This document shows positions 18,896 through 27,836 of a stretch of 64,000 nucleotides of DNA, one piece after another. Source of the stretch: Bacteroidota bacterium. Lineage in GTDB: Bacteria > Bacteroidota > Ignavibacteria > Kapaibacteriales > UBA2268. The notes under the pieces were generated by a model that had not been told where the DNA came from, did no database searches, and was given only the letters and a program-made list of their open reading frames with translations. The position numbers and the translations under genes were made by a program. Position 1 is the stretch's first letter. Every line of letters begins with the position of its first letter. Where the stretch lies: positions 4,191 through 68,190 of the forward strand of contig JAJRTW010000155.1 in assembly GCA_024278075.1 (NCBI GenBank), given 5' to 3'.

Positions 18896-20884
18896 ATGGA
18901 TCATCAACCTACCAATAAGACAGGATTGCCGGAGAATGCATATCGCGAGCTAAAACCGGGTGAAGTCTACCGGCCGGTGATGTCGCCGGAATATAAATTC
19001 CCCGAGGTAACCATCTGGTCAGTCGTTTGGGGCCTTGCAATGGCGATTGTTTTTTCGGCTGCGGCGGCTTTTTCGGGCTTGAAAATCGGGCAGGTGTTAG
19101 AGGCGGCAATACCAATATCGATCATCGCCGTGGGGGCTTCCACTTTCTTCAAAAGGAAAAAAGCCCTGGGCCAGAATGTTATCATCCAGTCCATCGGAGC
19201 CAGCAGCGGAGTGGTAGTGGCCGGTGCCATATTCACCATACCCGGGCTGTATATCCTGAATCTTGAAGTAAGTTTTTTCCATATATTTCTTGCGGCGGTT
19301 CTTGGCGGGTTTTTGGGGATTATTTTCCTGATTCCCTTCCGTAAATATTTTGTCCAGGACATGCACGGCAAGTTCCCATTCCCCGAAGCAACGGCTACAA
19401 CCGAGATATTGATAACCGGCGAAAAAGGCGGCAAGCAGGCGGGAATATTAATTATCAGCGGACTTGTCGGCGGCCTCTACGATTTCATGTTCCAAACACT
19501 GAAGTTGTGGGAGGAGGTATTTACCTCGAGAGTGCTGCCCTATGGCGAGGCACTGGCGGATAAGACCAAAATGCTGTTCCAGCTTAACGTAAGCTCGTTG
19601 ATTTTCGGCTTTGGCTATCTCGTCGGGCTAAGGTTTGCCACTATTATTGCGGTCGGTTCACTATTGTCCTGGTTTGTGTTGATTCCGCTGATTAATGAAG
19701 TGGGAATTATTGCCGCCGATGGTGGAGTCGGGTTCTTTTCGGCAATGTCGCCCGAAACCATATTTAGAGAATATGTCCGCCATATCGGTATTGGCGCGAT
19801 TGCCATGGCGGGAATCATAGGCATATTGAAGTCATCCAAAGTAATCGGCAGTGCATTCTCTTTGGCTTTTGCAGGGATATTCGGAGCGAAATCTAAGAAA
19901 AATGAACTGGAGCATCGGACTCAAAAAGACATTCGTATGAATTTCCTGATGTTCCTCGGATTGCTGACTATCATTGGAATATTTATTTTCCTTTTGGCCG
20001 GATTCGACCTTACTTTCGGCCAGGTAATAACGGCTTTGCTAACGGTTGTTATCATATCGTTTCTATTCACAACCGTGGCGGCGAATGCTATTGCAATCGT
20101 AGGCACAAACCCGGTTTCGGGAATGACTTTAATGACATTGATACTGTCTTCGTTTATCCTTGCCCAGGTTGGCCTCTCCGGCGAGCAGGGCATGATCAGC
20201 GCATTGATAATCGGTGCTATCGTATGCACGGCGCTGTCGATGGCCGGAGGCTTTATCACCGACCTGAAGATAGGCTACTGGCTTGGCTCTACTCCAATCA
20301 AACAGCAATCCTGGAAATTCCTCGGCACAATTGTATCGGCAGCGACAGTCGGCGTGGTAATCTTTGTATTGAATGAGGCATATGGATTTGTAGCCAGCCC
20401 CACCCACCCGGACCCAATGCTGGCACCGCAGGCCAACGCCATGGCAGCCGTTATCAAGCCTTTGATGTCGCCGGATGCGCATGTGCATTGGATATTATAT
20501 TTGGCCGGAGCCGTAATTGCAATTCTGCTGAACTGGCTGAAAATATCACCATTGGCATTTGCTCTCGGGATGTATCTGCCTTTGCATTTGAACACTCCGT
20601 TGGTGATTGGCGGCATATTAAATCATTTCGTTAATAAGAGCTCAAAAGACAAAAATCTTGTAAAGGCCCGCCACCAGCAGGGCACATTGATAGCATCGGG
20701 CTTTATTGCGGGTGCTGCTATCTTTGGCATTATCGGGGCGCTGCTTATTTACTGGGGTGCAGACATTAATTTCAACCCATGGGGCGAAGGGTCGCACGGC
20801 GGCGAAATTACTGCAATAATTATGTTTATCGCTCTTGTGGTATATGCAACAATGCATACTTATAGAGCGAAAGTCGATGACTAA
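18896..20884 (+). CDS. OPT family oligopeptide transporter
   Basis: 662 aa with about 16 TM segments and the OPT-family N-terminus 'YRELKPGEVYRPVMSPEYKFPEVTIWSVVWG'. Confidence 0.7.
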   Translation: MDHQPTNKTGLPENAYRELKPGEVYRPVMSPEYKFPEVTIWSVVWGLAMAIVFSAAAAFSGLKIGQVLEAAIPISIIAVGASTFFKRKKALGQNVIIQSIGASSGVVVAGAIFTIPGLYILNLEVSFFHIFLAAVLGGFLGIIFLIPFRKYFVQDMHGKFPFPEATATTEILITGEKGGKQAGILIISGLVGGLYDFMFQTLKLWEEVFTSRVLPYGEALADKTKMLFQLNVSSLIFGFGYLVGLRFATIIAVGSLLSWFVLIPLINEVGIIAADGGVGFFSAMSPETIFREYVRHIGIGAIAMAGIIGILKSSKVIGSAFSLAFAGIFGAKSKKNELEHRTQKDIRMNFLMFLGLLTIIGIFIFLLAGFDLTFGQVITALLTVVIISFLFTTVAANAIAIVGTNPVSGMTLMTLILSSFILAQVGLSGEQGMISALIIGAIVCTALSMAGGFITDLKIGYWLGSTPIKQQSWKFLGTIVSAATVGVVIFVLNEAYGFVASPTHPDPMLAPQANAMAAVIKPLMSPDAHVHWILYLAGAVIAILLNWLKISPLAFALGMYLPLHLNTPLVIGGILNHFVNKSSKDKNLVKARHQQGTLIASGFIAGAAIFGIIGALLIYWGADINFNPWGEGSHGGEITAIIMFIALVVYATMHTYRAKVDD

Positions 20885-20892
20885 GATATCAA

Positions 20893-20922
20893 CCGCCCGG
20901 CCAAACAACCGGGCGGTTATAT
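20893..20922 (+). terminator. Rho-independent terminator
   Basis: ccgcccgg-ccaaacaa-ccgggcgg followed by ttatatt, immediately after the OPT gene stop. Confidence 0.6.
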
Positions 20923-20959
20923 TAAAACTCATATATTTCCCCACAAATATAATTACTAA

Positions 20960-22009
20960 ATGAGTTCTTTATTCAAAAAAGTTTTGAAATACGGCCTGAC
21001 CGCCACTATAGCTTTTGCCTCGATATACTTAGCTTTCATGGATGTTCACATCGAGGACCTTTGGGATGCGCTGGCGGGCGCCGACTATAAATGGGCGTTA
21101 GTGCCAATCCCAATAATGCTGATTTCGCACTGGATAAGGGCATTGCGATGGAAAACCATGCTAAGCCCGATAATGAAGGTTAACTCTGTCTGGAACCTGT
21201 TCTCGGCTGTTATGGTTGGCTATTTATTCAACAATATTTTCCCGCGTGGCGGTGAATTCATAAGGCCTTATGTTTATAGCAAGCGAGAGAAAGTATCATA
21301 TTCCAGCACTTTCGCCACAATAATTGTCGAAAGGGTGATCGATGTAATTTCGCTGGCGTTTCTGTTCGGCCTGGCTTTTATAATACTGCATGATAAAATC
21401 AGCAAAGCCCTTACTATCGACATCAGCCCGACTAATATTGTTATTCTTGTAGCCCTGTTTTTTGTTGTTATTGTCGCCGGTTTCTACCCTCCTGTGATTG
21501 ATTTTTTTATGAGGAAGCTGATTAAGCCTTTTTCGGAAATCACATATTTGAGGTTAAGAGAATTATTCGCTAAGTTCCGCAAGGGTTTTGCAATAATCAA
21601 AAAGCCGTCGCAATATTCCAGGCTGATAATTGAATCTTTACTTATATGGTTTTGCTACGCACTGCCAATGTATTTCATGTTCTTCTGCTTCGGTTTCCAG
21701 GAGAATGCACATCTGGGGCTAATTGATGCGGTGCTGCTTGTAATAGTAGCTGGAATAGCAGCAACGATAGGGCTTACCCCCGGTTCCATAGGCGTCTACC
21801 ATGTTATGATCCGGACATCTATGGTCGACCTCTACGGCATCAGCCCCGAGCATGCCCTGGCCTATGCAACCGTAACCCATGCGATTAATTATTTTGTTCA
21901 GGTTGGATTCGGAGCTTTATTCCTGATGCGCGAGGATATAACGAAAATTCCGTTCAGCGAGAAATTCATGCATATTGACGATGAAGTACAGGCCAATACA
22001 ACTAAATAA
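20960..22009 (+). CDS. UPF0104/flippase-like (LPG-synthase TM-domain) membrane protein
   Basis: 349 aa, multi-TM, with N-terminal 'ATIAFASIYLAF...HWIRALRWKTML'. Confidence 0.5.
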   Translation: MSSLFKKVLKYGLTATIAFASIYLAFMDVHIEDLWDALAGADYKWALVPIPIMLISHWIRALRWKTMLSPIMKVNSVWNLFSAVMVGYLFNNIFPRGGEFIRPYVYSKREKVSYSSTFATIIVERVIDVISLAFLFGLAFIILHDKISKALTIDISPTNIVILVALFFVVIVAGFYPPVIDFFMRKLIKPFSEITYLRLRELFAKFRKGFAIIKKPSQYSRLIIESLLIWFCYALPMYFMFFCFGFQENAHLGLIDAVLLVIVAGIAATIGLTPGSIGVYHVMIRTSMVDLYGISPEHALAYATVTHAINYFVQVGFGALFLMREDITKIPFSEKFMHIDDEVQANTTK

Positions 22010-22022
22010 ATACAGTGAGATA

Positions 22023-23189
22023 ATGAATCAATTAAGATTAAAGAGACACGCAGGCCGCCGCCTCGGCTCGGGGCATCTTTGGGTGTTCAGCAATGAATTG
22101 GACAGTTTGCCGGATTTTCCGCCGGGCAAGCTTGTGGAGGTTATCGACAGCCGCGGCCAAAGCTATGGCACGGGGTTTTATAACCCCAACAGCTTAATTT
22201 CCGTCAGGCTGCTGTTCACCGATGAAAAAATTGATATTGATTTCTTTGCCGGCAGAATAAACAAAGCGAACCTGCACAGAAATGTGTTTTTCCCGGATGA
22301 GCAATGCTATAGAGTCGTTTTCGGTGAATCGGACTTCCTGCCCGGGTTAATAGTAGATAAATATGATGATTATTTGGCAGTACAATATTTATCGGCAGGA
22401 ATTGAAATTAGAAAGGATACGGTTATCGAAGCCCTGCTGAAGGTGTTTCCGAATACCATTGGCATAATTGAAAAAAATCAGTCCCGCCTAAGGGCGATTG
22501 AAGGCCTGGAATCATACGATAATACAGCGTATGGCACAATTCCAGATGAAATTAATATATCGGAATATGATATTAAATTGTCAATATCCCTGCTGGCCGG
22601 CCAGAAGACCGGATACTACCTTGACCAGAAATTGAACAGAAAGTACATTAGAATAATTTCACGTGGAAAAAATGTACTTGACTGCTTTTGCAACCAGGGA
22701 GGCTTTGCCCTTAATGCAGCTAAGGCCGGAGCCGGAAACGTATTAGGCATCGATTCCTCGGAGGAGGTTTTGCATAGGGCAAGAGCAAACGCCGGGCTAA
22801 ACGGGTTTGATGCCATAGATTTTGCTAAGGCCGACGTTTTTGATTTCCTCGAGAAAGAAATATCGAACGGTTCCGAATGGGACGTCGTGGTTCTCGACCC
22901 GCCTGCATTTGCAAAGAATAAGAAGTCCGTACCAACGGCGCTTGCCGGATACCGAAGGCTAAACAAATTGGCATTGCAAATTATACCGACGGGCGGCTAC
23001 CTGGCCACTTCAAGCTGCTCCCAGCATATATTGGAAGATAGGTTTGCGGGCGAGGTTCAGTCCGCTGCCTCAAGAACCGGCCGGCAGCTAAGGCTTATCC
23101 ACCGCGGCACTCAGCCGCCCGACCACCCAATACTATCATCAATGCCCGAAACAGCATATTTGAAATTTTTTGTTTATCAGGTGATTTAG
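22023..23189 (+). CDS. rlmI: 23S rRNA m5C methyltransferase, RlmI-like (PUA + class I MTase)
   Basis: N-terminal 'LKRHAGRRLGSGHLWVFSNEL'; MTase motifs 'DCFCNQGGFALNAA', 'GIDSS' and 'VVLDPPAF'. The start was set at the internal ATG after the upstream stop. Confidence 0.65.
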   Translation: MNQLRLKRHAGRRLGSGHLWVFSNELDSLPDFPPGKLVEVIDSRGQSYGTGFYNPNSLISVRLLFTDEKIDIDFFAGRINKANLHRNVFFPDEQCYRVVFGESDFLPGLIVDKYDDYLAVQYLSAGIEIRKDTVIEALLKVFPNTIGIIEKNQSRLRAIEGLESYDNTAYGTIPDEINISEYDIKLSISLLAGQKTGYYLDQKLNRKYIRIISRGKNVLDCFCNQGGFALNAAKAGAGNVLGIDSSEEVLHRARANAGLNGFDAIDFAKADVFDFLEKEISNGSEWDVVVLDPPAFAKNKKSVPTALAGYRRLNKLALQIIPTGGYLATSSCSQHILEDRFAGEVQSAASRTGRQLRLIHRGTQPPDHPILSSMPETAYLKFFVYQVI

Positions 23190-23334
23190 AGTGGCGGAAT
23201 TATTCTTACAAATAGTCTATAGGTGTTTAGGAAAATGATACACCAGATAGAGACAACCCCTATTTTTCGGGCAAACAATTAATCGATATTCAATTAGTCT
23301 TTACTGATGTTGAGAGTAACATTAGGAATATACT

Positions 23335-23928
23335 ATGAATGACTTCGTTTTTAAAATAAAATCTTCTATCTCGGAGAGCATAACAGTCAAAACCGCTTTG
23401 ATGAATAACTGTATTGCGGAGATTGAGGCCATCGGTAAAAAGCTGGCTGAGATAATTGGCAGCGGCGGCAAGATAATGTTCTGCGGCAATGGCGGCAGTG
23501 CGGCCGACAGCCAGCATCTTGCAGCAGAGCTCGTCGTCAGGCTCCGCAGCAGCATCAACCGCAAAGCCATCCCAGGGCTGGCTTTAACAGTAGATACATC
23601 AATCCTGACCGCCGGCGGCAACGACATAGGTTTTGCCAATGTGTTTGCACGCGCGGTGGAAGCTTATGGCAAAGAGGGCGATGCCTTAGTTGCCATATCA
23701 ACCTCGGGCAATTCGGAAAACGTACTGAATGCCGTTAGCACGGCAAAGCAAAGAGAAATAGTAACTATCGGGCTTCTGGGCGGGTCGGGCGGGACCATTC
23801 TTTCGGAGTGCGACCTGACGGTTGTTGTGCCGAGCAAAGTAACGGCGCGGATACAGGAATCGCATATTTTGATTGGCCATATATGGTGCGAAATGATAGA
23901 GGAAATTAATTTTCCGGATATGTTCTAA
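23335..23928 (+). CDS. gmhA: D-sedoheptulose-7-phosphate isomerase (SIS domain)
   Basis: 197 aa with 'KIMFCGNGGSAADSQHLAAELV' and 'ISTSGNS'. Confidence 0.8.
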   Translation: MNDFVFKIKSSISESITVKTALMNNCIAEIEAIGKKLAEIIGSGGKIMFCGNGGSAADSQHLAAELVVRLRSSINRKAIPGLALTVDTSILTAGGNDIGFANVFARAVEAYGKEGDALVAISTSGNSENVLNAVSTAKQREIVTIGLLGGSGGTILSECDLTVVVPSKVTARIQESHILIGHIWCEMIEEINFPDMF

Positions 23929-23977
23929 AAATTGTTTGGCAGCAATTCAAAAAAAGCCTAATTTTGCACTCGTTCTT

Positions 23978-24019
23978 TTTTGGCCACCTTAGCTCAGTGG
24001 TAGAGCAGCTGATTTGTAA
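23978..24019 (+). tRNA. Truncated tRNA-Thr(TGT): 5' half only (acceptor, D-arm, anticodon stem/loop), then divergence
   Basis: GCCACCT-TA-GCTC-AGTGGTA-GAGC-A-GCTGA-TTTGTAA-tc.. . The expected 3' anticodon-stem strand (TCAGC) and the T-arm are absent. Island junction. Confidence 0.6.
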
Positions 24020-24106
24020 TCTTCTATCTTATGCCGTAATCTGCTAAATAACAGCGTTTATTGATTGATGAGTAACCAGTGAGTAACCAAACAAACAGCT
24101 ACGGGA

Positions 24107-24325
24107 GTGGAAATGAGCGATTGTTATTCAAAACAAGAGAGAAAAGCAATTAACAGGAATTACTACTTACGGAATAGAGATACAATCATTAAGCGTTGCA
24201 TTAGGAACTATCATGCGAATAAAGATATTTACTTAGAAAAGCAACGCAGAAGAAGGGAAATGGACAGGATAAAATTGCACATGGCCGATGCTATGTTAGT
24301 TAATAATGACAGAGTATTGGACTAA
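24107..24325 (+). CDS. Small basic hypothetical protein
   Basis: 72-aa ORF at the island edge. Confidence 0.3.
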   Translation: MEMSDCYSKQERKAINRNYYLRNRDTIIKRCIRNYHANKDIYLEKQRRRREMDRIKLHMADAMLVNNDRVLD

Positions 24326-24477
24326 ATAAACTATGAAAAACGTTTTTCATATATCGCTAATGCCTTACCAACAATACATATAAGCGGCTATGAAAAACGT
24401 TTTTCATACGTCTTTCTTGGATACATACCTATAATACATTATTATTGCAGCAAATGTAAAATATTGCTGTAATACTA

Positions 24478-25191
24478 ATGACCTACATTCAGACACCAGG
24501 GACATATTTATCATCCGACAGTTGTGACTGTTGCGAGGACGAGCAGATCGTTCTGCAGTCGCTTTCTTCATTGTCAGAGAATGATGATAGTACGCCGATT
24601 GATTATCCGTTCAAGGCTTTGGTTTCATGGGTGTTCGGTCAGCTTGGACATAGCTACTACCAAGCGATTGCAGAGATTGCCAGCCGAATTAATTACAACC
24701 GAGGTTTCAAATGCTATCCCTTTCAATGGGATATGCTGACAAAAGCCTGCTTCAGAAACGATGAAATTGAAATCGTAGTTAACACCTACGGGAATCTCGC
24801 CCTCAAAAAAATAATTCAGGAATACAGCGAAAAAAAATTATCAGAAGCCGAATTGAATGTCATTATTCAAACGGTGTCCGAAGTAAGTGGAAAACCGTTA
24901 GCAAGGGTTGAGCTTATTCTTAAAAATTTATTTTGGGCAACAAAGGACGGTTCGGTGAAATGGGATGCACTCTTGCGGCCAAATACTTATCAGTCGTATT
25001 ATGAAATGAGGACAGTCCCTGAAGAATGGGACAAATGCTTCTGGGATTGCAAACTAAAGAACGCTCTGTTTGGTTCGCTCAAATGGATATTTATTGTCGG
25101 CGGTATTGTCGGCGTTGCTTATGTATATCCAAAGCTGCCAAAACACTTGCAGCCTCATAGGAAATTGTTGAAAGGTAAAGGGGATAAATAA
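24478..25191 (+). CDS. Hypothetical C-tail-anchored protein, paralog 1 of pair
   Basis: 237 aa with a C-terminal TM 'WIFIVGGIVGVAYVY'. The central region aligns with the next gene (NYNRGFKCYPFQW..ILKNLFWATKDG vs NHNRGKKCYPIKF..ILKNMFWAIYDG). Confidence 0.5.
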   Translation: MTYIQTPGTYLSSDSCDCCEDEQIVLQSLSSLSENDDSTPIDYPFKALVSWVFGQLGHSYYQAIAEIASRINYNRGFKCYPFQWDMLTKACFRNDEIEIVVNTYGNLALKKIIQEYSEKKLSEAELNVIIQTVSEVSGKPLARVELILKNLFWATKDGSVKWDALLRPNTYQSYYEMRTVPEEWDKCFWDCKLKNALFGSLKWIFIVGGIVGVAYVYPKLPKHLQPHRKLLKGKGDK

Positions 25192-25817
25192 TGAGCTATA
25201 ATTATGACAATACGGTTGTTCAAAGAATGCCTGCCCCGGTACGAGGGATGGACGGATTGAGCGGTGGCCTCAAGAAGTCCGTGCTTCCCTACAGATTAGC
25301 TACGTTTGAACTCCATAATCGAATTAATCATAATCGTGGTAAAAAATGTTATCCAATAAAATTTAGTTGGTTCACAGATGCCTGCTTTGACTATGATGAA
25401 ATAAGGACTGTCATTGATGACTATATTAAATTACTCTCCCAAGACACTATTAAAAAATATAATGAGAAGACATTAAGCCAATCCGAATTAAATAATATAG
25501 TACAGAAGGTAGCACAAGCCTCTGGAATTATTAGGGAGCGGGCAGAGATCATTCTGAAGAATATGTTTTGGGCAATATATGACGGCGATATTAAGCATGA
25601 TGACCTTGTCCGAGATGCAAACAATGGGGGAAACAACAATGGGGGGGCAAATCAGGATGGGGGGATAGATATTTCTGAACTTAAATCAAAAATATTGGTA
25701 GCAAGAGCGAGTAAATATGGTAATTGGATACTCGTTGCCGCTGCCGGTGTTGGCAGTATTGCGGCAGTTCAGTATTTCAGAAAAAAAGGCAAGAAAAAAT
25801 CCCGCAGCAGGAAATAA
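25191..25817 (+). CDS. Hypothetical C-tail-anchored protein, paralog 2; begins MSYN..GLSGG
   Basis: 208 aa with a C-terminal TM plus KKGKKKSRSRK tail. ATGA start/stop overlap with the upstream gene. Confidence 0.5.
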   Translation: MSYNYDNTVVQRMPAPVRGMDGLSGGLKKSVLPYRLATFELHNRINHNRGKKCYPIKFSWFTDACFDYDEIRTVIDDYIKLLSQDTIKKYNEKTLSQSELNNIVQKVAQASGIIRERAEIILKNMFWAIYDGDIKHDDLVRDANNGGNNNGGANQDGGIDISELKSKILVARASKYGNWILVAAAGVGSIAAVQYFRKKGKKKSRSRK

Positions 25818-26372
25818 ATGGAACTAAAGCGAGAGAATATCGGCAGTGGTGATTCTGCTGTGCGGAAAACGGTTAAGGCTCACATGATACGACTGGCTCG
25901 CAGGGATGCCGGCGAGGAAGCTATCATTGAGCTGGCAATTAAATTTCAGAAAAAAGCAGACGACGATCTGCACAAAGCGAAATTAGCTCTTGATTGGGTT
26001 ATTGAAAATATAGAGTACAAATTCGACAAGGAATTAGTCGAAAAATACTTCCCGGACGAAAAGAAACCGGAATCAGTCGAGTTTGTCACAGCCCCGGTTC
26101 ACCTGCTGAAAACCAAAGAGGGTGACTGCGATGATATGTCGGTATTGTTAGCGGCTTTTTATATCGCAATGGATTTGCCGGTGAATTTCAAAACGATTGC
26201 GTGGAAGGAAATTGAACCACGCAAGAAATCGAAAGACGCTTTCAGTCATGTCTATACCGAGGTCGGGCTGTTTATTGATGACGAACCATATTGGATACCG
26301 AGCGATCCGGTGATTAAGGAATTCGGCAAGGAAAAAGCACCCGTGAACAGAGCAGAAATATTTCGAGTATAA
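25818..26372 (+). CDS. Transglutaminase-like / papain-fold Cys-His-Asp domain protein (putative peptidase)
   Basis: 'EGDCDDMSVLLAAFYIAMDLPV' (G-x-C...L..A....G-x-P pattern), then 'SHVYTEVGLFIDDEPYWIPSDP' (His then Asp) matches the transglutaminase-like cysteine-protease core. Confidence 0.45.
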   Translation: MELKRENIGSGDSAVRKTVKAHMIRLARRDAGEEAIIELAIKFQKKADDDLHKAKLALDWVIENIEYKFDKELVEKYFPDEKKPESVEFVTAPVHLLKTKEGDCDDMSVLLAAFYIAMDLPVNFKTIAWKEIEPRKKSKDAFSHVYTEVGLFIDDEPYWIPSDPVIKEFGKEKAPVNRAEIFRV

Positions 26373-26401
26373 ATTATTATCAGCATATAGGGGAAATAAC
26401 G

Positions 26402-26938
26402 ATGGGATACAACTCAGGAACAGCTATTGCGAACCGAAATAGAAGTTTAAACGGGCTGGCCGGTTGCGGATGCGGCGGGGCCCCTGTAATGGGACTTAGA
26501 GGACTTAGTGCATTGACTGACGAAATGACGGCGAAAGTCCTTGCCCATATCAACAATCTTACGACAGCCAATATTGCGAATATCGCAGCCAAATTGGTAG
26601 CCGGCGACACAACACCTTTGGTCAATGAATTATACAATGCGGTCAGGGCTGCATGTAATACGGGAACCGAGGCTGAGGTTAAGAAAAAAATCACAGATTA
26701 CATTGCGACTATGAATCCGGCGGATTATACGGCTATCGGTGCTGGTATTATCACAGGCAACAGGGATGCACTTATCAGCCATGCTAACGCTGTAGCTAAT
26801 AAGGTATGCTCGGAGACTTTCCTTGAAAAAATAATCCCTGATGAATTAGAAGCAGGTTTCAAAAAGCATAAACCGACGTTGATAATTGCCGGTGCTGCAC
26901 TGATCGGTGTTATTATTTTGAAGAAACTAATGATGTAA
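26402..26938 (+). CDS. Small tail-anchored protein, paralog A (MGYN..GLAGCGCGG)
   Basis: 178 aa with a C-terminal TM 'LIIAGAALIGVIIL'. Shares the N-terminus and GCGCGG motif with the next gene. Confidence 0.5.
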   Translation: MGYNSGTAIANRNRSLNGLAGCGCGGAPVMGLRGLSALTDEMTAKVLAHINNLTTANIANIAAKLVAGDTTPLVNELYNAVRAACNTGTEAEVKKKITDYIATMNPADYTAIGAGIITGNRDALISHANAVANKVCSETFLEKIIPDELEAGFKKHKPTLIIAGAALIGVIILKKLMM

Positions 26939-26947
26939 GGTGACGCT

Positions 26948-27433
26948 ATGAGTTACAACACAAGCAATGGAACATTGAGCGGAATATCGGCATTGCCTTA
27001 CGGCGGTGACGGAGCGGCAATGCTGCCTTATAAACCCGTTGGGCAAACGGTTGTGAATGGGAATACGCCGATAGTGCCATATAAGCCTATTGGGCAAACT
27101 GCGGGTTGCGGTTGCGGTGGTAATTGCAATCATAACAACGGCCTGTCAGGGCTTTCGCAGGACGATATGGCGAAGGTGGCACTCGATCATTTCCAGAATC
27201 TCGGATTAGCAAAGCAATTATCCATTGGTGGTGGAATGGTGTCTGGCGATTTGAATCCACTTGCAGAGGAAATCGGCATTGCAGGGGCGAAGATTTGCAA
27301 GAAAGGGACTATTGAGGAATTAAAAGATAGGTGGGTTGCCGGCAAGGATTGGGTTTATATCGGTGGAATAAGTGTATTGAGCATGGTGATATTGAAACTT
27401 GTGTTGAACGCAAAGAATTCGAAGAAAAGGTAA
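26948..27433 (+). CDS. Small tail-anchored protein, paralog B (MSYN..AGCGCGGNC..GLSGLS)
   Basis: 161 aa with a C-terminal TM and an SD 'aaggtga' upstream. Confidence 0.5.
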   Translation: MSYNTSNGTLSGISALPYGGDGAAMLPYKPVGQTVVNGNTPIVPYKPIGQTAGCGCGGNCNHNNGLSGLSQDDMAKVALDHFQNLGLAKQLSIGGGMVSGDLNPLAEEIGIAGAKICKKGTIEELKDRWVAGKDWVYIGGISVLSMVILKLVLNAKNSKKR

Positions 27434-27445
27434 AGTGGAAAGATT

Positions 27446-27835
27446 ATGTCTTATAACGATGAAAATAACAGTGCAGGCTATGATACCGCTATATCTCAAC
27501 CTCCCATACGTTTTGAAACTCCTCTGAGGATCAGGACGGGGCAAGTGTCTGATTGCCTGAATCCTGGCAGCCTATCAGGATTGACGTTGAGGGAAATTAA
27601 AATTGATCTTGCTAAGAAATTAGCAGAGCTGACACCGGAAGAACAAGAGAAAATCAAAAAAGCAATGGCATCACGGGATCAAGATGAATTAGCGAAACAA
27701 GTAAATAATATTTTAGAAGAGACATCTGTCGAGGAAAAGACAGGTTTTGGGAAATTTTGGGCTGAATATAAATCGTATGTGATCGGGGCAGGTGTCAGCC
27801 TTATTGTATTAACAATCGTAAAGAAGTATATCTGA
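27446..27835 (+). CDS. Small tail-anchored protein, paralog C (MSYN..SLSGLT)
   Basis: 129 aa with a C-terminal TM 'VIGAGVSLIVLTIV'. Confidence 0.5.
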   Translation: MSYNDENNSAGYDTAISQPPIRFETPLRIRTGQVSDCLNPGSLSGLTLREIKIDLAKKLAELTPEEQEKIKKAMASRDQDELAKQVNNILEETSVEEKTGFGKFWAEYKSYVIGAGVSLIVLTIVKKYI

Positions 27836-27836
27836 T

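Noticed and set aside
21975-22022. Upstream start of the RlmI-like gene overlapping the UPF0104 gene by 35 nt
   Set aside because: The internal ATG at 22023 begins right after the upstream stop and matches the usual RlmI N-terminus. The overlap is an ORF-caller artefact.
26402-27835. RiPP precursor-like reading of the MSYN...GG leader plus CGCGG core
   Set aside because: The proteins are 129-178 aa with C-terminal TM anchors, and no modifying enzymes (YcaO, radical SAM, LanM) are nearby. The leader hypothesis is kept only in the processing/packaging sense.
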